Source: a bacterium
Lineage (GTDB): Bacteria > Patescibacteriota > Gracilibacteria > BD1-5 > UBA2023
Length of the DNA: 40,000 nucleotides
Reading direction: 5' to 3'
Assembly: GCA_035437565.1 (NCBI GenBank)
Contig: DAOMYL010000002.1
Span: 43,819-83,818, forward strand
Shown here: piece after piece, positions 31,567-39,183 of the stretch
Position numbering within the stretch: the stretch's first letter is position 1
How the letters are laid out: every line of letters begins with the position of its first letter
The notes under the pieces: model-generated
Databases searched by the model: none
What the model was told of the DNA's origin: nothing
What the model saw: the letters and a program-made list of their open reading frames with translations, nothing else
Translations under genes and position numbers: made by a program

Positions 31567-32577
31567 TTATCCCTCGTACCCCTTCCACGCATCCATCAGG
31601 TTTTCATTCGCGTTCGGTGTGGGCTTATCGAGCTCTCCAGCGAAGTCTGATCGGATCGTGCCGAGCACCGCAAGCACGTCATCGAGCGACTCGACCGAGA
31701 CAAGCGACTTCCGGTAACCACGTGCACCGGGAAGGGCGTGAAGATACTGCACAAGATGCTTACGAATCTCCAGACACCCCTTGCGTCATTTTGTTGCAAT
31801 GAGCAGAGTCGCGTGTCGCTCCATTACGTCCACGGTTTCACCGAGCGTTGGGCGGTATCCACCAGGCAGGAAACACCACGGATTCCCGAAGCTCGCTCGT
31901 CCGATCATGAATCCGGCGAGGTTTTTTTTCTTCGCCATTCCGTCATCGTATCCCATTACATCACCATTCCCAATCACGGGGACCGATACCATATCAGCGA
32001 GCTCGTAGGTCCCCGTCCAGTCGGCCAATCCAGTAAATTTCTGTTGGTAGGTTCGCCCATGAATCGTGAGCATGTCCGCTCCGGCATCCACGAGTCCCCG
32101 ACAGAAGTCGATGAGGTTGGAATGATCCTCCCACCCGAGTCGCGTCTTCACAGAGATCGGGAGACTCACAGCCCGAGCCATCGCCTCCACACAGGCGTAG
32201 GCAGTATCGCGGTTGATCATGAGCCCCGACCCATGGCCGCTCTTTACCACCTTTTTTGCTGGGCAGCCCATATTCACATCGATACCAGCTGCCCCATATC
32301 ATTCTATGATTCGTGCGGCCTCAGCAAATTTCTCGGGGTCCTTGCCGAAGATTTGGAATATCACGGGCTTCTCGCTCAGATCATGCGGGAGTACCGTGCG
32401 AGCCAGTATAGGCGAATGCACAAGTCCGTCCGCACTGTAAAACTCGGAAAAAACAATAACATGAGGGGCAACGGATTTTACCACTTGGCGGTACGCGGAG
32501 TCGGTATAGCCGTCCATCGGGGCGAGTGCGACAATGGGGCCGGCATCGGCGCGTTCGCGCCAGAATGATTTACTCAT
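31567..32577 (-). CDS. tRNA-dihydrouridine synthase
   Basis: Track ORFs 32299..32577, 31786..32277 and 31567..31752 share a frame and join through TGA 32299-32301 (IIE-G-YGAAGIDVNMGCP) and TGA 31786-31788. Motifs: LAPMDGYTDSAYR, NMGCPAKKV, TIHGRT. TAA at 31567-31569; 336 aa. Confidence 0.9.
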
Positions 32578-32700
32578 GCGGTATCTAGATGATTGTGTTG
32601 CGTATTATCGGGTGGAAGAAGAAGACGTCAAGCGCAAATTCTTTTTTTCACGAAAAAGGTGTGCTAGGATAGGCGTATCTACCAACGAAAACGAAAACAC

Positions 32701-33207
32701 ATGTCCGCAGCCACCCCCGCAGTGCGTTCGTCCGTCAAAAAATCTCTCGCCAAGAAGTATCGCTTCTCGTCCAATCTCGCATCTGTCGGTATCGTTTCTT
32801 TCGCCGATCCGGAGCTCCGGCGTTTCGTTGCACAAGGAATCTCTGCCATAGGATTCGGAGCGGCCGTCATGGATGGTGATATCAATACAAACATCGAGAA
32901 TACCTACGCCGTAGACAAACTTACCGCGGATGAGCTCGCCGGTTTCGATTTCTTCGTGACGGACGGCGAGGGAAGCGTAGATACTATGAGCTTTATGCGA
33001 GCAGGGCTTGTGCCAATCCTCGCACAGGACAGCGTCTTCAGTGAACTCCTGCGAGACTTTGATCCCATGAAATTCGAAGGCAACGGATTTTTCTTCGCCG
33101 ATCTCGATCCGTACCGTGTCTTCGAGAAGATCGTCAGCTACAAAGAAACCACCAAATTCCCGGAGGACCGTCGCATCCTCCTACGAAACGTCCTCGCGAC
33201 ATTCTAA
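32701..33207 (+). CDS. Small protein resembling the C-terminal half of a GT-B glycosyltransferase / glycogen-synthase fold (168 aa)
   Basis: Track ORF. MRAGLVPILAQDSVFSELLRDFDPMKFEGNGFFFADLDPYRVFEKIVSY resembles the GT1/GlgA C-terminal segment (G.vPi....GGL.d.v........GF.F......l...i). No N-terminal Rossmann half is present. Confidence 0.5.
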   Translation: MSAATPAVRSSVKKSLAKKYRFSSNLASVGIVSFADPELRRFVAQGISAIGFGAAVMDGDINTNIENTYAVDKLTADELAGFDFFVTDGEGSVDTMSFMRAGLVPILAQDSVFSELLRDFDPMKFEGNGFFFADLDPYRVFEKIVSYKETTKFPEDRRILLRNVLATF

Positions 33208-33246
33208 AGAGACTCCGAAAGATACGCTCCGTCATCTCCGGCAGAT

Positions 33247-33277
33247 CCTCCCCCTCGGCAGAAGGGGGAGGGTTTTT
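33247..33277 (+). terminator. Rho-independent terminator (copy 1 of a repeated hairpin)
   Basis: CCTCCCCCT cggcaga AGGGGGAGG gTTTTT: a 9-bp perfect stem. It contains the 14-nt core TCCCCCTCGGCAGA (33249-33262), which recurs at 33444-33457. Confidence 0.75.
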
Positions 33278-33320
33278 GTTAGATCTTCGCGATACTATGG
33301 TGTCGGAAGGGTGCCGGGTT

Positions 33321-33434
33321 CGTCATTGCGAGCATTATGGCGAAGCAATCCGGATCCTTTTTGGTGATTAAGAAACCATCTTCATGATCCCGCGCTCTCT
33401 GGATTGCTGCATCGCTGCGCTCCTCGCAATGACG
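33321..33434. repeat. 114-bp imperfect inverted-repeat (REP/MITE-like) element
   Basis: The outer arms CGTCATTGCGAG (33321-33332) and CTCGCAATGACG (33423-33434) are perfect reverse complements. Inner arms AGCAATCC (33344-33351) and GGATTGCT (33401-33408). It sits between the two related hairpins. Confidence 0.6.
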
Positions 33435-33438
33435 GAAT

Positions 33439-33473
33439 AAAAATCCCCCTCGGCAGACGTGGGAGGATTTTTT
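33439..33473. terminator. Terminator-like hairpin (copy 2), flanked by an A-run and a T-run
   Basis: AAAAATCCCCC tcggcagacgt GGGAGGATTTTTT: one mismatch in the stem. It shares TCCCCCTCGGCAGA with copy 1. Confidence 0.5.
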
Positions 33474-33484
33474 ACATCATGAAA

Positions 33485-33800
33485 AATATTCGTCCTTTCG
33501 CAGGCCGAAAGGACCAAAGGCCGAGTCGCCCCGTCCGTTCGTCCTCGAGTCCGTATCCGCTCGCCGATGATGGAGCATCGTCCGCAATGCCCGCTGTCGC
33601 GAGTACGGAATGCGGACGATATTTTGCCCATCGGCTCTCGGACGGGACTCGGGCCGAGCCGGAATAGGGCGGGCTCGTCGCGACGGCCAACCCCGGCATC
33701 CGTTGTCCGGCTGTCGGCGTCCGCGAGGACGATCCGGCCATCGTGTCGCCGCACTACATTCCTCGCGGCTCACGGAAACCGAGCGAATGGTATACAAAGC
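33485..33800. ncRNA. Candidate structured ncRNA of unknown class (~310 nt, GC-rich)
   Basis: No credible ORF in any frame even with TGA = Gly. Nested helices found by hand: 33491-33499/33505-33513 (9 bp); 33519-33537/33639-33655 (~16 bp with bulges); 33563-33569/33629-33635 (7 bp); 33577-33586/33611-33620 (10 bp); 33680-33688/33736-33749; CGUCC-GCGA-GGACG at 33718-33731; and an alternative 9-bp pairing 33721-33729/33760-33768. The strand is unresolved. On the minus strand the 33491-33513 hairpin is followed by GAAUAUUUUU (terminator-like). On the plus strand one loop is a GNRA tetraloop. Confidence 0.35.
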
Positions 33801-34092
33801 GTCCGAGATATTGCAATCACTTTTGAATGGAAAACTCGAAAGAAAATTTGACCACATATGGTGTACGGGTATAAAGAAAGTACCACATCTTGTGGTTTGC
33901 TTCATCTAAACCCACTCGCCTATGTAGAAACCAACGAAAACAAAAATCGAAAGACGAAAAAACCTATTTGTTTGAGCCAAATAGGCTTACCGAGAATTTT
34001 TCCAAGTCACTATTACGTTAGCTCGAAAAATATCACTTGAGCAATGTTATGGTTTTTAGGTAAGAAATAGGTAAATATTGATAACTCTAGCT

Positions 34093-34332
34093 ATGCAAAC
34101 AGAATTAGAACCATACGCAAATCTTGGACGAGATTCCGCTATACTCAGGTACGGCTACGGCAATGATTTTATCATTGTAGAATTTCGCTCGTGAGCATTT
34201 ACGCTCTACACATATACCTATGAAAGTGCTGGAGCCCCGCATATTGAAAATATGAAACGGTTGGCTGACACGGGAGAGGGGCTAAACTCATATATCTCCA
34301 GACACAAACCCCCTTATCAATCTAAAGACTAA
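34093..34332 (+). CDS. KTSC domain-containing small protein (79 aa)
   Basis: Found by hand because a TGA splits it. Sequence MQTELEPYANLGRDSAILRYGYGNDFIIVEFRS-G-AFTLYTYTYESAGAPHIENMKRLADTGEGLNSYISRH. It fits the KTSC pattern (igY.....L.v.F..G..Y.Y......y..l..a.S.G.y.n..I). TGA 34192-34194 falls on the conserved Gly. TAA at 34330-34332. Confidence 0.7.
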
Positions 34333-34336
34333 GAAT

Positions 34337-34540
34337 ATGCCAAAAGATGCTACCGGAATGCGAGGATACCGCTCGCGCAATGAAGATGGTCGGCTTCGAA
34401 AGAAGAGAGATGATACTCATATCAAGACCATCGAAGATAAATACGGAATCGACTTAGAAGTCCGAGGAGATATGCATCTCGGCACCTACCTCGATTCACA
34501 CTGACTCAAATCTCTAAATGATCTCATAACAGGAGAGTAG
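34337..34540 (+). CDS. Small conserved-looking hypothetical protein (67 aa)
   Basis: ATG 34337 is 4 nt after the previous stop. Sequence MPKDATGMRGYRSRNEDGRLRKKRDDTHIKTIEDKYGIDLEVRGDMHLGTYLDSH-G-LKSLNDLITGE, with TGA at 34502-34504. It resembles a widespread small family with the pattern LRKKR.DT...TIE..YG.D......D..LGT.L...G..SL..L (family name not recalled). TAG at 34538-34540. Confidence 0.6.
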
Positions 34541-34546
34541 AGTAAC

Positions 34547-34575
34547 AAAACGCCCTTCGGGGCGTTTTTCTTTTT
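34547..34575 (+). terminator. Rho-independent terminator
   Basis: AAAACGCCC ttcg GGGCGTTTTTcttttt, immediately after the two small genes. Confidence 0.8.
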
Positions 34576-34658
34576 CATTGAATCCAAGACCGAAACAGGT
34601 ATACTCTCCCTGCCAAATATACCATTTCATAACTGTACTCGGATTTTTCGTATCCAAA

Positions 34659-34719
34659 TCCACAAAACTTTTGCAAGCACGGGTAGCCGTCCAGCTCTCG
34701 GTCTGCAAATGTTTTGTGG
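34659..34719. other. Long hairpin (16-bp stem with one mismatch, 28-29-nt loop)
   Basis: CCACAAAACTTTTGCA (34659-34674) pairs with TGCAAATGTTTTGTGG (34704-34719). It lies in non-coding DNA about 90 nt upstream of ATG 34812. Confidence 0.5.
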
Positions 34720-34811
34720 GTACAGGAGTGGTATGTTTGGCGACATAGGACGGTTGCCCGTTTTTACGTATTCGGAGAGCCCATCCACGCCATCCCTTCA
34801 CTCCCCTCCCC

Positions 34812-35069
34812 ATGGATCTCTCGTTTCTCCCTCCCGAGTTCTTGCTCCCCCTGCGCATGCCGCTCTGGGTCTTCGTGCTGGTGGTGGCTGGTGCGCTATC
34901 GTGCCCGTGGGCGTGGCTCTCCATGCTCGCGGCATGGCGTCGGCATGATCGCATCCGTTGGCAGTATGTCCTGCTGCGGCGCGAGGCGATTCATCGCGAC
35001 GAGACGATCCGGTCATTCATAGACGACCTGGAGTACGACGACGATGCCGACCGCGACTGTGCGTGATAA
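34812..35069 (+). CDS. Small membrane protein (85 aa), tentative
   Basis: Track ORF 34812..35066 with GC3-rich codons. TM segment MPLWVFVLVVAGALSCPWAWLSMLAAW, then a charged tail. It ends GCG TGA TAA, so under code 25 the stop is TAA 35067-35069. Confidence 0.45.
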
Positions 35070-35083
35070 CGATAAATCAGAAA

Positions 35084-35110
35084 TTAGCACTCTTTGTGTT
35101 CATGTGCTAA
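35084..35110 (+). promoter_or_regulatory. CIRCE-like operator (HrcA site) upstream of dnaK
   Basis: TTAGCACTC-tttgtgttc-ATGTGCTAA compared with the consensus TTAGCACTC-N9-GAGTGCTAA. The left arm is perfect, the right arm matches 7/9, and the spacing is correct. Confidence 0.7.
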
Positions 35111-35117
35111 TTTTTAT

Positions 35118-35145
35118 TTGACTTTTATAGAGAGTCGTCTACACT
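35118..35145 (+). promoter_or_regulatory. Promoter candidate for dnaK (TTGACT-16 bp-TACACT)
   Basis: -35 at 35118-35123 and -10 at 35140-35145, just downstream of the CIRCE element and about 38 nt before ATG 35183. Confidence 0.45.
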
Positions 35146-35182
35146 GGCATCGAGATGGTTTAGATGCTAACTTTTTTCAATT

Positions 35183-37060
35183 ATGTCCAAGATCATCGGA
35201 ATTGACCTCGGTACGACCAACTCATGTCTCGCCGTCATGGAGGGAGGAAAAGCAAAGGTCATTCCCAATGCCGAGGGAGGAAACACCACTCCGTCCGTCG
35301 TTGCCATGAAGGGATCGGACACACTCGTGGGTATGCCTGCCAAGCGTCAGGCCGTGAGCAATCCCGCTGGAACGATCTTCTCCGCGAAGCGATTTATCGG
35401 ACGCAAGTACGATGAGGTGCAGAACGAGCTCAAGAATGTGCCGTTCAAGGTGGTAAAGGGAAGCAATGGTGAATGTCTCATCGAGTTCGGAGGAAAGAAT
35501 GTCCGACCGGAGGAGATCTCCGCCAAGGTACTGGAGAAGCTCAAGCAGGATGCGGAGCGGTTCCTAGGAGCACCCGTCAAGGAAGCGGTCATCACCGTGC
35601 CAGCGTACTTCAACGATGACGAGCGACAGGCAACGATCAACGCTGGTAAAATCGCCGGACTCGATGTGAAGCGCATCGTGAACGAGCCGACCGCCGCAGC
35701 GCTCGCCTATGGAGAAGGATCGAAAAAGGATCAGAAGATCGCGGTCTACGACTTCGGAGGAGGAACGTTCGACATCTCGATCCTGGAGATCGGGTCGGAG
35801 GGGACGTTCGAGGTACTCGCCACAAACGGAGACACCCACCTCGGAGGAGACGATTTCGATCAGCGCATCTTCGAATACGTCATCAGCGAATTCCAGAAGG
35901 ATCAGGGGATCGACCTACGCAAGGACCCGATGGCGGTCCAGCGCGTCCGCGATGAGGCTGAGAAAGCCAAGAAGGAGCTTTCGAGCGCGAGCGAGACCGA
36001 GATCAACCTGCCGTACATCACTATCGATGCATCGGGGCCGAAAAATCTCTTCGTGAAGATTACTCGTGCGAAGTTCGAGGAGCTCGTGGCCGACCTCGTG
36101 GAACGCTCCATAGAGCCCTGTCGCAAGGTAATGAAAGATGCGGGGCTCCAGGCTTCGCAGATCGATGAGGTGATTCTCGTGGGAGGATCAACCCGCGTCC
36201 CGATGGTCCGACAGAAGGTCGAGGCATTCTTCGGCAAGGCTCCGAACTCGAGCGTGCATCCGGACGAGGCAGTAGCCGTAGGAGCCGCGATCCAGGCGGG
36301 AATCCTGCAAGGAGACGTAAAGGATGTCCTCCTGCTCGATGTTACCCCTCTCTCGCTCGGAATCGAGACACTCGGGGGCGTGATGACTCGCATGATCGAG
36401 CGCAACACAACGATCCCCACATCCAAGTCGCAGGTCTATTCTACCGCTGCAGACGGACAAACTTCGGTGGAGATCCATATTCTCCAGGGAGAGCGCGAGA
36501 TGGCAGCCGACAACAAATCACTCGGACGATTCATCCTCTCGGGGATTCCGTCCGCACCGCGCGGAGTCCCACAGATCGAGGTCACATTCGACATCGATGC
36601 ATCGGGAGTCCTCCATGTCACCGCCAAGGACAAGGGGACTGGCAAGGAGCAAAAGATTACTGTCCAGGGATCGACCGGTATGAGCGATGATGAGGTCGAT
36701 CGACTCGTGAAGGAAGCCGAGGCGAATCGTGACAGTGACAAGGCAAAGAAAGAATCTATCGAGGCTCGCAATATGGCAGAGTCTGCCGTCTATCAGGCCG
36801 AGAAGACTCTGAAAGACAACGAAGGGAAATATGACGCAGCGCTCAAGACTGAGGCAGAGAGCGCGATCGAGTCGCTCAAGGGAACACTCTCCGATGAGAA
36901 GTCCGACAAGTCCACCCTCGAATCCGGTACGAACAAACTCCAGGAAACCATGATGAAGATCGGACAGGAAATCTACTCGAAGCAGCAGGCCGAAGGGGCT
37001 GCAGACTCCGGACAGACGAAGTCGGACGACAGCGTGGACGCCGAGGTGGAGGAGAAATAG
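35183..37060 (+). CDS. dnaK: Molecular chaperone DnaK (Hsp70)
   Basis: [23 protein letters not shown]-type segment ([13 protein letters not shown]), [15 protein letters not shown]... 625 aa, no internal TGA, TAG stop. Confidence 0.97.
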   Translation: MSKIIGIDLGTTNSCLAVMEGGKAKVIPNAEGGNTTPSVVAMKGSDTLVGMPAKRQAVSNPAGTIFSAKRFIGRKYDEVQNELKNVPFKVVKGSNGECLIEFGGKNVRPEEISAKVLEKLKQDAERFLGAPVKEAVITVPAYFNDDERQATINAGKIAGLDVKRIVNEPTAAALAYGEGSKKDQKIAVYDFGGGTFDISILEIGSEGTFEVLATNGDTHLGGDDFDQRIFEYVISEFQKDQGIDLRKDPMAVQRVRDEAEKAKKELSSASETEINLPYITIDASGPKNLFVKITRAKFEELVADLVERSIEPCRKVMKDAGLQASQIDEVILVGGSTRVPMVRQKVEAFFGKAPNSSVHPDEAVAVGAAIQAGILQGDVKDVLLLDVTPLSLGIETLGGVMTRMIERNTTIPTSKSQVYSTAADGQTSVEIHILQGEREMAADNKSLGRFILSGIPSAPRGVPQIEVTFDIDASGVLHVTAKDKGTGKEQKITVQGSTGMSDDEVDRLVKEAEANRDSDKAKKESIEARNMAESAVYQAEKTLKDNEGKYDAALKTEAESAIESLKGTLSDEKSDKSTLESGTNKLQETMMKIGQEIYSKQQAEGAADSGQTKSDDSVDAEVEEK

Positions 37061-37076
37061 CAATCTTCTTTCATAC

Positions 37077-37105
37077 AAAAAACCCCCGAATACTCGGGGG
37101 TTTTT
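37077..37105. terminator. Bidirectional rho-independent terminator
   Basis: AAAAAACCCCCGA atac TCGGGGGTTTTT, between the converging dnaK and Nudix genes. Confidence 0.85.
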
Positions 37106-37120
37106 CCGGTATACGGACGT

Positions 37121-37690
37121 CTACTTTCCGAGAATCCTCTCCCGCAATTCCCCTATCGTCCCATCGATCTTGGCACGAGCGAACAGGAGCGAAAGCTTAG
37201 GAGAAATACGAATCTTCTCGTAAATTAGCATGTCCACAAACTCGTCGAAACTCACCCACACCTCCTCGATTCGCTCCCCTGCATCGAGCGACTGCTCCGT
37301 GACCTTGCGAATACTGCGCGCAACATAGATGTATTCATCAAGTCGCATGACGCTCGTGCCACCGACCGTCATAAGCAGGTCCCACTCGTCAGCTTCGTAT
37401 CCCGACTCTTCCAATACTTCCCTTTTCGCTCAGAGAAGCGGCTCCTCATTGGACTCGATCCGTCCTCCGTATAGCGAGAGAAACGGTGGACGATGCGGTT
37501 GTTCCTGTCGATTGATCCCGATCCGACCCATATCATCCACGAGAATAACCCCTGCCGAGTCGCACCGAGAAACTGCTTCGAATGTCTGGATCGTCCCATC
37601 GAACATGGTTTGCGGCCACTGGTAGACATCAACGAGCTTCCCCTCGAAAACGAGTGAAGCATTCGGTGGGAACTCGCGTTTCGGTTGCAT
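37121..37690 (-). CDS. NUDIX hydrolase
   Basis: Track ORFs 37430..37690 and 37121..37414 share a frame and join through TGA 37430-37432. Nudix box GGRIESNEEPLL-G-AKREVLEESGY (G.5E.7REuxEExGu). TAG stop; 189 aa. Confidence 0.85.
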
Positions 37691-37748
37691 TGTCGCAAGC
37701 GTGAGATATTATCGCTCGCAGTCTATCGATTTTCGCACGAAACGCTAT

Positions 37749-38648
37749 ATGGATGTCATGACCGCCGCATGTCTCTCCGCCTGGATCGATCGAGCATCGG
37801 ACGCGCCGAAGCTCGTTGTCATCTATGGCCCTACCGCCTGTGGAAAAACAAGCCTGTCGCTCGATGTCGCCGAAATGCTTGGGACCGAGATTATCGGTGC
37901 GGATTCTCGCCAGATCTACGCAGATCTCGCCATTGGTACCGGTAAGATCCTACCAGAGGAAATGCGCGACATCCCCCATCACCTCATCGGTCACCTCCCA
38001 CTCGACCGTCGGTATAGTGCGGGGGAATTCAAGACCGACGCGCTCACAATATGCGACCGCCTCTGGGCAGAAGAAAAAATTCCCGTGGTCTGCGGCGGAA
38101 CGGGACTCTACATTGACTCGCTCGTCTATGATTTCGATCTCCCACAGACCCCGGCCGTACCCGAGTACCGAGCCGAGGCAGAGGCCTACCGACAGAGTCA
38201 TGGCAATGAGGCACTCTGGAAACACCTCGAATCGCTCGATCCGGAAGCCGCTACGACCATCCATCCCAATAGCTACCCCTTCGTCATACGCGCGCTCGAG
38301 CTCTTGGAAGTCTACGGACTACGGAAATCCGACCTCACCCGCTCAAACGAACCCGTATACGATACTTTTTTTCTCTCGCCCTACACGGGCGACCGAACCG
38401 GACTCTACGAGCGAATCGACCGGCGCGTGGCGAGCATGTTCAAGGAGGGGCTCGTAGATGAGGTGCGGATACTCCTGAATCATGGATGCTCTCCCGATCT
38501 ACCGGGACTCGCTACCATTGGCTATGTAGAAACTATTTCGCATCTGCGAGGGGATCGAGATCTCGAAGAAACGATCGCTCTCGTACAACAGAAAAACCGC
38601 AACTATGCCAAACGGCAAATCACCTGGTTCCGGAAGTATGCAGGATAG
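37749..38648 (+). CDS. miaA: tRNA dimethylallyltransferase MiaA
   Basis: IYGPTACGKTSLSLDVA, GADSRQIY, CGGTGLYIDSL, NYAKRQITWFRK. ATG 37749 is preferred over the track GTG 37701, which would sit 11 nt from the divergent Nudix start. TAG stop. Confidence 0.92.
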   Translation: MDVMTAACLSAWIDRASDAPKLVVIYGPTACGKTSLSLDVAEMLGTEIIGADSRQIYADLAIGTGKILPEEMRDIPHHLIGHLPLDRRYSAGEFKTDALTICDRLWAEEKIPVVCGGTGLYIDSLVYDFDLPQTPAVPEYRAEAEAYRQSHGNEALWKHLESLDPEAATTIHPNSYPFVIRALELLEVYGLRKSDLTRSNEPVYDTFFLSPYTGDRTGLYERIDRRVASMFKEGLVDEVRILLNHGCSPDLPGLATIGYVETISHLRGDRDLEETIALVQQKNRNYAKRQITWFRKYAG

Positions 38649-38671
38649 TCATTAAAATCCTGCAGAGAGTA

Positions 38672-38699
38672 TTGACAATATAAATTTAATTTTTATATT
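38672..38699 (+). promoter_or_regulatory. Promoter candidate (TTGACA-16 bp-TATATT)
   Basis: -35 at 38672-38677 and -10 at 38694-38699 in an AT-rich stretch right after miaA. It would drive the sORF at 38726 and possibly ftsA. Confidence 0.45.
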
Positions 38700-38725
38700 G
38701 ATATTTGTTTTTTGAAAACCCCACG

Positions 38726-38902
38726 ATGACACCTCTCAATATTAGCCCTCCAGGATTCTTCGAGAAACCGAGGACTCCTGATCTCCCAAGCTATGCGGAA
38801 GCGGTACGATTCTTGCAACTTCCGTGAGAACCGGACGCCGCCTTCGCCGCGCGCGCTGCACGCCTGCTGAATCCCTCGCATTTCCCTCTGGAATCACGGT
38901 AG
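38726..38902 (+). CDS. Small ORF (58 aa), speculative
   Basis: ATG 38726 to TAG 38900-38902 with one TGA. Sequence MTPLNISPPGFFEKPRTPDLPSYAEAVRFLQLP-G-EPDAAFAARAARLLNPSHFPLESR. A promoter candidate lies upstream, but it competes with the antisense track ORF 38742..38954. Confidence 0.25.
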
Positions 38903-39141
38903 GACGAGTTTCATCCCGGATATCCTCTTGTTGGACATTCTTCGCCTTCTTCATGGGTCGATCGTATATTCCGTGGCGTACATCATGTTTGGACGACTAA
39001 ATATTGTGTTCGGAGTATTGGGATAAAGGATCGCATTCGTATTGAAAAACTCCCGGAACCGTCTATACTGACGCTATGGAAAAACGGAGTGAATTGGTCT
39101 CGTCAAGACCTTTATATTCTCTCTATGAAGCCATAGAATCA

Positions 39142-39158
39142 GTATAAAAATTTTATAC
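39142..39158. promoter_or_regulatory. 17-bp perfect palindrome upstream of ftsA (possible operator)
   Basis: GTATAAAA a TTTTATAC at 39142-39158, 25 nt before ATG 39184. Confidence 0.35.
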
Positions 39159-39183
39159 GAACCAAACGAATTCCACAAAACCC

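Noticed and set aside
33485-33800. Assigning the structured segment to RNase P RNA, tmRNA, SRP RNA or a group II intron domain
   Set aside because: The signature strings for each class are absent on both strands: GGAAAGUCC and ACAGAA.CCGGCUUA; GGGG start, GGUUCGA T-loop and CCA end; GGAAGCAGCC; the domain V AGC...GNRA pattern. It is left as unknown class.
38742-38954. 70-aa Arg-rich minus-strand ORF (MKKAKNVQQEDIRDE...RARRRRRPV...), considered as a ribosomal or nucleic-acid-binding small protein
   Set aside because: It matches none of the small ribosomal protein sequences I can recall. It overlaps a plus-strand sORF that has a promoter candidate. The evidence is insufficient to call either.
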